The notes under the pieces were generated by a model. That model saw only the letters and a list, made by a program, of their open reading frames with translations. It was not told where the DNA came from and ran no database searches. Below are positions 6,007 to 12,376 of a stretch of 12,376 nucleotides of DNA, one piece after another. Made by a program: the position numbers and the translations under genes. Position 1 is the first letter of the stretch. The number at the start of each line of letters is the position of its first letter. The DNA comes from Candidatus Rokuibacteriota bacterium (lineage in GTDB: Bacteria > Methylomirabilota > Methylomirabilia > Rokubacteriales > DASRDR01), in NCBI GenBank assembly GCA_044866005.1, contig JBIOTN010000104.1, positions 1 through 12,376 of the forward strand, in the 5' to 3' direction.

Positions 6007-7734
6007 GTGAGCGCCCCGCGTCGGCCGCTCCTCGGCCACCTCCTGATGGCCGAAGGCCTCGTGACCAAGAAGCAGCTCGACGAGGCCCTGCGCGCGCAGG
6101 CGGAAGGCGGGCCCTCGAAGTCCTTCGAGCAGCTCCTGGTCGAGCGGAAGGTCATCACGCAGGGGCAGCTCAACGCGGTCCTCGACAAGTACCGAAAGCG
6201 GTACCGGCTCGGCGGGATCCTGGTCGAGATGAACCTGGTGACGGAGGACCAGCTCCGGGTCGCGCTGAAGCACCAGGAGAAGGCCGGGGCGCGCCTGGGC
6301 GACGTGCTGATGCAGCTCAACATCGTCACCGAGCGGCAGCTCAAGCGGGCCCTCTGCCGCCAGTTCGGCGTGCGGTTCGTCCTCGACCTGGACACGGTGC
6401 CCCTGGACCCGAGCCTCACCGCGCTGATCTCCCAGAGCTTCGCCGAGCAGCGCCGCGTCGTCCCGATCGCGCGCGTCCTGAACCGGCTCACCGTGGCGCT
6501 CGAGGATCCGGTGGACGTCGACGTCATCGAGGAGCTGGCCGCGTCCACCGCGTGTGAGATCGACGCCGTGACCTCGACGTCCGTGGCGTTCGAGCGCGCG
6601 TTCTCGCGCGCCTACGGCGGAGCGCCCCCGTCGCCGCCGGACGTGACGGAGGCGCGGCCGGCCGAGCCGCGAGCGGCGCGGGAGATCCCGCCCCCGGGAC
6701 CGGAGCGCGCGCCCGAGCCGGCCGCGGCCGCGGCGTCCCCGGGCGGGCTGCTCGAGTCGCGCGCGGCCGGGCCGGTCGGCCCGGGTGCCGGTGGGGCGGG
6801 GCCGCGGGGAGCGCCGCCCATCCTGGTAGGACTGCAGGCCGCGAACGCCGCCCTCCTCGCCGAACGGGACGCGGGGGCCCGGGCGCTGCGCGATCTCGAG
6901 GCCCGCCACGCGGAGACCGAGCGGACCCTGGCCGCGGTCCGGGAGGCGCACGACGCCCTGGCCGCGGCGCGCGAGGCCGACGCGGCGGCCCGGCGCGACC
7001 TCGAGTCGCGCCACGCCGACACCCTCCAGCGCCTGGCCGCCCTCCAGGCGGCGCACGACGCGCTCGTCGCGGAGCGGGACGCGAATGCCCGGACGGCGCG
7101 CGAGCTCGAGGCCCGTCGCGCGGAGAGCGAGCGGGCGCTGGCCGCGCTGCGGGCGGCGCAGGCGGCCGCGGTCGCCGAGCGCGAGAGCGACGCGGCGGCC
7201 CGGCGTGAGCTGGAATCGCGCCATGCCCGCGCCCTCAAGCGCCTGGGCGCCCTCCAGGGGGCGCACGACGCGCTCGTCGCGGCGCGGGACGCCGGGGCGC
7301 GGGCGCCGCGCGACGTCGAGGCGCGCCTGGCCGAGACGGAGCGGGTGCTGGCGGGCTTGCAGGCGGCGCACGACGCGGTGAGCGCGGAGCGGGACGCCGC
7401 GGCCCGGGCGCTGCGCGACCTCGAGACGCGTCACGCGGAGACGCTGCGGGCCGTCGCCGCGCTCCAGGCGGCGCACAACGCGCTCCTCGCGGAGCACGCG
7501 GCGAGCGCCCGGCGGCCCGGCGCGCCGGCGGAGGACACGCTCGCCGACCTCAAGGCCGCCCAGGACGCGCTCAGCCGGGAGCGGGAGACGCACGCGCGGG
7601 CCCTCCGCGAACGTGAGGCGGCCCACGCCGACACGATCCGGAAGTTGACCGCGCTCCAGGCCACGCACGCCGCGCTCGTCCGGGACCACACGGCCGCTGC
7701 GGAGGCGCTCCGGCGCTTGCGGACCGGACGCTGA
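6007..7734 (+). CDS. MshEN/T2SSE_N-domain protein (putative c-di-GMP receptor) with Pro/Ala linker and long repetitive coiled coil, no ATPase (575 aa)
   Basis: Residues 67-119, RLGGILVEMNLVTEDQLRVALKHQ-EKAGA-RLGDVLMQLNIVTERQLKRALCRQ, follow the 24-5-24 MshEN pattern. A more degenerate pair lies at aa 8-62. T2SSE_N-like C-subdomain (FAEQRRVVPI..LTVALEDP..IEEL). No Walker A/B motifs. SD and promoter are present. Confidence 0.88.
   Translation: MSAPRRPLLGHLLMAEGLVTKKQLDEALRAQAEGGPSKSFEQLLVERKVITQGQLNAVLDKYRKRYRLGGILVEMNLVTEDQLRVALKHQEKAGARLGDVLMQLNIVTERQLKRALCRQFGVRFVLDLDTVPLDPSLTALISQSFAEQRRVVPIARVLNRLTVALEDPVDVDVIEELAASTACEIDAVTSTSVAFERAFSRAYGGAPPSPPDVTEARPAEPRAAREIPPPGPERAPEPAAAAASPGGLLESRAAGPVGPGAGGAGPRGAPPILVGLQAANAALLAERDAGARALRDLEARHAETERTLAAVREAHDALAAAREADAAARRDLESRHADTLQRLAALQAAHDALVAERDANARTARELEARRAESERALAALRAAQAAAVAERESDAAARRELESRHARALKRLGALQGAHDALVAARDAGARAPRDVEARLAETERVLAGLQAAHDAVSAERDAAARALRDLETRHAETLRAVAALQAAHNALLAEHAASARRPGAPAEDTLADLKAAQDALSRERETHARALREREAAHADTIRKLTALQATHAALVRDHTAAAEALRRLRTGR
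6832..7731 (+). repeat. Intragenic tandem repeat of 105 bp / 35 aa (five heptads), about 9 copies
   Basis: Units start at 6832, 6937, 7042, 7147, 7252, 7357, 7462 (29 aa, shortened), 7549 and 7654 (partial). Consensus is approximately LQAAHDALxAERDAxARAxRDLEARHAETxRxLAA. Confidence 0.9.
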
Positions 7735-7739
7735 CGACG

Positions 7740-7779
7740 CGCGGCCGGGCGGCGGGACGTCCCCCCCGGCTAGGCCGCG
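7740..7779. terminator. GC-rich hairpin between the convergent MshEN and TPR-NYN stop codons
   Basis: Nested inverted repeats: GCCGGG (7744-7749) with CCCGGC (7765-7770) around the palindrome GGGACGTCCC (7754-7763), and CGCGGCC with GGCCGCG flanking. No U tract. Confidence 0.4.
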
Positions 7780-10265
7780 GAGTCCTCCCCGAAGACGAGG
7801 TCTTCCAGCCACTCGACCTCGATCCGGTCCGGCCCCTTCAGGCTCTCCCCGTAGACCCCGTTGATGGCCCGGCGCGTGGACCACAGGATGACGCGCTTCC
7901 CTTGCTGCTGGAGCGTCTTGATGGCCTCGTGAAAATCCCCGTCCCCGGTCGCGATCACGTAGACCCCGATCTCGGGATGCTCGCGCAGGACCAGGTGGAT
8001 CTTCTCTCGCAGGACGTGATCGGAGGCGTTGAACTTCTCGCCGCCGGCGATGTCGGGCCAGAACCGCGCGTTCTTCACGGCCTTCTGGTCGCCCTCGAAG
8101 AACGGGCGGTCCCAGTCGGCGACGGCCCAGCGTTGGCGTGGAAACCCGTGGCGCCCGGCCGCATCGAGGAGCCGGCCCGCCAGCTCGGAGCCGGCCAGGC
8201 GGGCGCGCAGCCCCTGCGCCCTGGCCTCCGGCATCTCGTCGAGGAACTCCGCGAGGCCGATCTTGACGTTCTCCCAGTCGAGCATGAGGGCAAGCGCCGG
8301 GCGCGGCGCGGCGTCGGCCTCGGCCCGGGGTGCGGCTGAGCTCGCCGCCGAGGTGGCCGCCGCCTCCTCGACGGCGACGTCCACTCCGCGGCCGGGCGCC
8401 GGCTCGCCGGCCGGCCGGGTGCGCGAGCCGAGCCGCTCCTCCCAGATGCGGGCGTCCGTCTCGGACATGGCCGTGTCCCGCCAGCTCTGCTTGAAGACCC
8501 GGAGAGCATCGTCCTGGAAGCCGTTCCGCTGTCCCCAGGACAGGAGCCCTCGCAGGACCTGACTCTTCTTGCGCGCGTCCACGTTCTTCTTGTGCTGCGT
8601 GGCGCGCCAGCTCTGTTGCCGGCAGCGCCAGGCGGCGTCGAGGTCGCCCGCCGCCTCGTGCAGCGCCGCGGCGCACTCCCAGTTCTTGAAGACCCGTCCC
8701 TCGCCGCCGTAGGAGACGCGTTGCCGGAACCACTCGATTCCGGCGGCGACGAGCGCCGTCTCGATGAAGTCCCGCGTGAGCTGGTCGAGCTCGTCGAAGG
8801 TCAGCCGCTCCTTGGGGTCGGGAAAGACACGGTCGGGGTCGCGGAGGATCCGGTTCAACCGGCGGAAGTGCTCGCGGAAGCCGGCGCCGGCACGGCCATT
8901 GCGCCCGCTGTGGGCGTCGTGGAGCGCCGCGAGCAGGTGGGCCTCGTGGTGGCGCGACTTGAGGCAGAGCGGGCCCAGGACCTCCTGCCGGTCCTGCTCG
9001 AGGGCCGAGAGCAGGCAGAGCTCGAAGAGCTCGGCGCTGTGGGCGTCGGTCTCCAGGGCGGGCAATAGCACGTCCAGGGCCTCGCCCGCGCGCGAGGGCA
9101 GGCGGCGGAGCGCGCACGCGAGGTTCCAGCGGGCCGTCCAGCCGCGCTCGGGCCGGTGATGGGCGGAGGCGATGGCCTCTTCCAGGAGGTCGATGATGTC
9201 GTGGACGTCGGTCGCGCGGCCGAAGACCGAGAGCGCGTAGGCGTACCATTCCTTGGCGATCGGGTTCGTGTTCCGGCGATAGTGGATGTCGTTGAAGAGG
9301 GCCAGGGCGCGCGGATCCCGCCGCAGGAGCAACCCGCGCGCCTCGACGAACGCCGCGTCGGGACCGACCGTCACACGCAGCTCCGAGATGGGCTCCCGGT
9401 AGTCCGGCTTCGCGTCGAGGCGTAGCCGGAGGTTCGTCTCGAGCTCGTCCTCGACCTCTTCGAGCGCGTGCCCCAGCGCCTCGGCGTCCCCCCGCTCGAC
9501 GGTCTGGCGGATGGCCGTCCAGACGCCGGGCGGGATCAGCGCGGAGAGCGCGTCCGGACGCCTCAGCGTCCGCCGGACCCGCCGGGCGATGGTCGGCGCC
9601 ACGCGCTCGCCGAGATCGGCCCACTGCTTCCGCTGAGGCTCGAGCCGCGTGGGGATCTCCATCGCGAGGACGGTCTCGATGTTGTCGCGGACGAGGCGCT
9701 CCTGGCTCGCCGGGTCCGCCTCGCGCGCCGCGCGCACGCGCTCCAGCCCGGTCAGGATCATCTCGTTGAGGTCCAGCGCGAGCTGGGGCGGCAGGACGCC
9801 CCAGGCCGAGGCGACGAAGGCGTGGAGCTCGTCCCGCAACGTCGCGGCGGTCGTCTCGCCGGCCTCGATCCGGCCCATCTCGCGGAGCGCGAGGACCTTC
9901 AGGGCGTTCCCGAGCGCCTGGCGCATCGGCTTGGTCGCCCGGACGAGCGGGTTGCCGCCGCGGAACATCTCGTGGGCGGCCTGGAAGAGGCGGAGGCTTT
10001 CCTCGACCTCGCCGCGCTCGGCCGCTCGCCGGCCCAGCACGTCGAGGGCGAATCCCAGCGTCACGACGTCCCGACTCCGGGTGCCGTCGCGAAGCTGCGA
10101 GGCGGTGGGCGGGTCGGCCCTCAGGGCCGCCGCGGCCGCCTGGTTCTTGTCGCGGTGCTCTTCGGGAAACTCGGCGAGCGAGGACTCGACCGTCGCGAGA
10201 AGCTCGGGCAACGCATCGATGATCTGTTCGGCAGACCAAAAATGCCACTGGATCGGCTGCGGCAT
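7770..10265 (-). CDS. Large alpha-helical (TPR-like) protein with C-terminal NYN (LabA/DUF88, PIN-like) ribonuclease domain (831 aa)
   Basis: C-terminal ~175 aa carry NYN motifs LMLDWENV (D663), WAVADW, KFNASD (D749), YVIATGDGDF (D775/D777) and LQQQGKRVILW. N-terminal ~610 aa are helical with TPR-like segments (LDVLGRRAAERGEVEESLRLFQAA; ARWNLACALRRL..AGEALDVL; NWECAAALHEAAGDLDAAWRC). An Ala/Pro linker separates the two parts. Confidence 0.85.
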   Translation of the reverse strand: MPQPIQWHFWSAEQIIDALPELLATVESSLAEFPEEHRDKNQAAAAALRADPPTASQLRDGTRSRDVVTLGFALDVLGRRAAERGEVEESLRLFQAAHEMFRGGNPLVRATKPMRQALGNALKVLALREMGRIEAGETTAATLRDELHAFVASAWGVLPPQLALDLNEMILTGLERVRAAREADPASQERLVRDNIETVLAMEIPTRLEPQRKQWADLGERVAPTIARRVRRTLRRPDALSALIPPGVWTAIRQTVERGDAEALGHALEEVEDELETNLRLRLDAKPDYREPISELRVTVGPDAAFVEARGLLLRRDPRALALFNDIHYRRNTNPIAKEWYAYALSVFGRATDVHDIIDLLEEAIASAHHRPERGWTARWNLACALRRLPSRAGEALDVLLPALETDAHSAELFELCLLSALEQDRQEVLGPLCLKSRHHEAHLLAALHDAHSGRNGRAGAGFREHFRRLNRILRDPDRVFPDPKERLTFDELDQLTRDFIETALVAAGIEWFRQRVSYGGEGRVFKNWECAAALHEAAGDLDAAWRCRQQSWRATQHKKNVDARKKSQVLRGLLSWGQRNGFQDDALRVFKQSWRDTAMSETDARIWEERLGSRTRPAGEPAPGRGVDVAVEEAAATSAASSAAPRAEADAAPRPALALMLDWENVKIGLAEFLDEMPEARAQGLRARLAGSELAGRLLDAAGRHGFPRQRWAVADWDRPFFEGDQKAVKNARFWPDIAGGEKFNASDHVLREKIHLVLREHPEIGVYVIATGDGDFHEAIKTLQQQGKRVILWSTRRAINGVYGESLKGPDRIEVEWLEDLVFGEDSAA

Positions 10266-10291
10266 GTGCTTCCACCCCTGTCCAGACGTGG

Positions 10292-10312
10292 CTCCCCACC
10301 GGGGAGTGTCAA
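10292..10312 (-). promoter_or_regulatory. Perfect -35 hexamer TTGACA directly followed by the dyad CTCCCC-GGT-GGGGAG, upstream of the TPR-NYN gene
   Basis: TTGACA on the minus strand at 10312-10307, inverted repeat at 10292-10306. The -10 position is a poor match (ACGTCT at 17 bp). Confidence 0.35.
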
Positions 10313-10352
10313 CATGGCGCCGGGACGGCGCGGCCGCGGCCTCACCACGCGG

Positions 10353-10796
10353 TCACCTCGTCGCGGCGACGAGCTCGGACGTGCATTGCGCGCACCGTGA
10401 GGCCCGCAGCGGAACGGCGGAGAGGCAGTACGGGCACTCGCGGGTGGTCGGCGCGGCGCCCGTCGCGGGGCGCCTCAGCCGATTGACCTGTCGGATCAGC
10501 AAGAAGATGACGAACGCCACGATCACGAAGTCGATCACCGCATTGAGGAAGAGCCCGTAGTTGATCGTCGGCGCGCCGGCCGCCTTCGCCTCGCGGAGCG
10601 TCGCGTATGGCTGGTCCGAGAGGTTGATGAAGAGGTTGGCGAAGTCCACCCGCCCCAGCACGCGCCCGATCGGCGGCATCAGGATGTCGTTGACGAACGA
10701 GGTGATGATCTTGCCGAACGCCGCGCCGATGACGATCCCGATGGCGAGATCGAGCACGTTGCCGCGCATCACGAACTCTTTGAACTCTTTCAGCAT
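10353..10796 (-). CDS. mscL: Large-conductance mechanosensitive channel with C-terminal zinc ribbon
   Basis: [44 protein letters not shown] and [21 protein letters not shown] are MscL signatures. C-terminus [30 protein letters not shown] upstream. Confidence 0.97.
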   Translation of the reverse strand: MLKEFKEFVMRGNVLDLAIGIVIGAAFGKIITSFVNDILMPPIGRVLGRVDFANLFINLSDQPYATLREAKAAGAPTINYGLFLNAVIDFVIVAFVIFLLIRQVNRLRRPATGAAPTTRECPYCLSAVPLRASRCAQCTSELVAATR

Positions 10797-10887
10797 GGCG
10801 TGCCTCGCCCCGTGCGAACGGTCACCTGATCGTGGTGGGCTCGGAAGGCCCCGGTCCGCTCCTCGGGGCGGCCCCTGCCGGACTGCG

Positions 10888-11313
10888 CTACCGCCGGCGC
10901 CGAGCGCTCGGCTTGCGGCCGGACTGGGCGCCGTGGGGCCGGCGGGCGGGGGGCTTCCGCCGGACGTGGCGGCTTCGCGCGGGCTTCCGCGGGACCGGAG
11001 CAGGGCGGCGCACCGGGGGGTGGACCGGTCCGGCGACGATCCGGTCCTTCATCGGCGCGGGCTTACGCCCCTTCTGGTCCATCGTCGGGGGGGCGAGGAT
11101 GGACGGCACCGGCTCGAGGAAATAGCGGAGCGCGAAGCCGCAAACCTTGCATCGCTTATAGCAGAACCGGCGGCCATGCTCGTCCATCCGCGGACGGCCG
11201 AGGACCTCCATGCGGCCGGGACAGCATTTCTTCGGCGCCGGAGGGGAAATGATCCGTTTCGGGTAAAGATTCTGAGCCTTTACGTTGGTCGTATAGACGA
11301 TGATGCTTTTCAT
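10888..11313 (-). CDS. Hypothetical protein with CC...CxxC putative zinc-binding domain and basic Pro/Arg/Lys-rich tail (141 aa)
   Basis: ATG 11313: [36 protein letters not shown]...[17 protein letters not shown]. The N-half has protein-like complexity, the gene fills the gap between neighbours in the same orientation, and it has its own promoter-like motif. Confidence 0.75.
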   Translation of the reverse strand: MKSIIVYTTNVKAQNLYPKRIISPPAPKKCCPGRMEVLGRPRMDEHGRRFCYKRCKVCGFALRYFLEPVPSILAPPTMDQKGRKPAPMKDRIVAGPVHPPVRRPAPVPRKPARSRHVRRKPPARRPHGAQSGRKPSARRRR

Positions 11314-11336
11314 GGCGTCCCCGGTTCCCTGACGGC

Positions 11337-11365
11337 ATTTTCGCCGCAACGGCGGCGAGTTGCAA
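11337..11365 (-). promoter_or_regulatory. Putative sigma70 promoter TTGCAA-N17-GAAAAT with a dyad in the spacer
   Basis: -35 TTGCAA at 11365-11360, 17 nt spacer, -10 GAAAAT at 11342-11337. Inverted repeat TCGCCGC-AACG-GCGGCGA at 11341-11358. Confidence 0.45.
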
Positions 11366-11450
11366 GTGGAAATGTGTGGGCGCCGCCAGCCCCGGGAAAT
11401 CCCGCAAGGGAGAGCCGCGGGAGGGGAATTCTGTCAGGGACGCTACAGTC

Positions 11451-12323
11451 TCACGGCGCGGGCGCGCGTCGACTCAGGTCGCGCGCGCTCGGGAAGAAGC
11501 GGAAGAGGACCTCGCGCTCCGTCGTCTCGAGAAACGGCTCGAGCAGGCGCTTGGTGTAGGCGCGACTTCCTCCGAAGCGAATGTCGGCGGCGGCGAGGAG
11601 CCGGCCGTCTTCCGAGACGACGAGCCCCCGGCCTCGCACGTATCGTCCGCGCGGGTCGTCATCCGCGCGCACGGCCGTCCGGTCGCCCAGGACGAGGATC
11701 GGCGCGAACGGGAGCCGGCGGTGGACCGTGAGGACGAGCTCGGTCGTGACGCCGCACTCGCCCTGGGCCAGCGCGCCGAGCCACCACCCGAGCTCGTCGA
11801 GCGCGATGGCCACGCACGCGGCGTGGAGCGAGCCGTCGGCGGCCCGGTACGTGTCGCGCGGCGCGTACTCCCGCCAGAGGAAGCGCGCATTGAAGCGGAA
11901 GCGGAGGGCGAGACCGAGCCGATTCGCCGGGCCGCAGGCCAGGCACGTGGCGCTCCCCGGGACTTCTCCGTCGGCGACGGAATCTCCACGCCAGGCCTCG
12001 AGCGTGGGGGCGGGATCGGCGAGCGCGACGGCCTCGCGGGAGAGCTCGGCCATGGCGAGGTGCCGGCCGGCCTGGGCGAGCGCGAGCCGGGCGAGAGCCC
12101 CGCTCCGGCCGGTCGTCAGCGCGAGCGGCGTCGCCGTGGGGACCCCGCGCAGCAGCTCCATGCGGAGCTGGACCGGCGGTCGTGGCGTCGTCGCCCGATA
12201 GAAGAGCGCGGCGATCGCGCCGCCGTGCGCGGTGGCGGGGAAGCCGTGGAGCTCGGCGGGAACGGTGACCCGTCCGCGCGGCGCCTCCGCCAGCGCCTGA
12301 CGGAGCGCGTCCTCGATGGTCAT
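11451..12323 (-). CDS. Tandem hotdog-fold (PaaI-like thioesterase) protein (290 aa)
   Basis: N-domain HGFPATAHGGAIAA...LRMELLRGVP. C-domain begins with CLACGPANRLGL (PaaI-like CxxCGxxNxxGL), then GSLHAACVAIALDELGWW and VTTELVLTVHRRLP. Confidence 0.8.
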   Translation of the reverse strand: MTIEDALRQALAEAPRGRVTVPAELHGFPATAHGGAIAALFYRATTPRPPVQLRMELLRGVPTATPLALTTGRSGALARLALAQAGRHLAMAELSREAVALADPAPTLEAWRGDSVADGEVPGSATCLACGPANRLGLALRFRFNARFLWREYAPRDTYRAADGSLHAACVAIALDELGWWLGALAQGECGVTTELVLTVHRRLPFAPILVLGDRTAVRADDDPRGRYVRGRGLVVSEDGRLLAAADIRFGGSRAYTKRLLEPFLETTEREVLFRFFPSARDLSRRAPAP

Positions 12324-12376
12324 GCCGGGGGCCGATGATCATCGCCGCCGCGGGTGGCGCCGGCGGCGCCCCCGGA

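Noticed and set aside
6007..6620. Calling the MshEN gene pilB, gspE or mshE
   Set aside because: No Walker A/B, Asp box or His box. Only the N-terminal regulatory domain is present.
6832..7731. 105-bp repeats as a CRISPR array or mobile repeat
   Set aside because: Degenerate, in-frame, coding repeats without unique spacers, and no cas genes in the window.
5662..10299. 1545-aa minus-strand ORF
   Set aside because: Alternate frame of the TPR-NYN gene plus antisense of the MshEN gene. R/P/G-rich with no domains.
10288..10313. GTGGCTCCCCACCGGGGAGTGTCAAC resembles a CRISPR repeat (hairpin, AAC end)
   Set aside because: Single copy, with no array and no cas genes.
11393..11420. GGGAAATCCCGCAAGGGA as part of a c-di-GMP-I riboswitch
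   Set aside because: Lacks the GGCAAAC...GACGCAAAG context and is on the strand opposite to the downstream genes.

Overview
Very GC-rich bacterial DNA. The codon style and gene families are compatible with Ca. Rokubacteria/Methylomirabilota, but that is an inference only. I find nine credible CDSs, eight on the minus strand. From the right end: a tandem hotdog-fold thioesterase-like gene (12323-11451); a small Cys-motif protein with a basic Pro/Arg/Lys tail (11313-10888); mscL with a C-terminal zinc ribbon (10796-10353); and an 831-aa TPR-like helical protein with a C-terminal NYN/PIN ribonuclease domain (10265-7770). That gene converges on the only plus-strand gene (6007-7734), which has tandem MshEN c-di-GMP-binding motifs and a 35-aa-repeat coiled coil but no ATPase. 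Further left are an exported DUF3047 protein (5535-4840) and a di-heme cytochrome c peroxidase-like gene (4435-3392) overlapping by GTGA a DAHL-like/GAF/GAF/HisKA/HATPase/REC hybrid kinase (3395-309). The window ends in the 5' part of a receiver-domain gene (190-1). No rRNA, tRNA, CRISPR array or transposase is seen. The best candidates for new biology are (i) a non-canonical peroxidase acting as periplasmic co-sensor for a DAHL kinase, (ii) the TPR-NYN putative sensor-RNase and (iii) the ATPase-less MshEN coiled-coil protein. All family calls come from reading motifs by eye; no searches were run.
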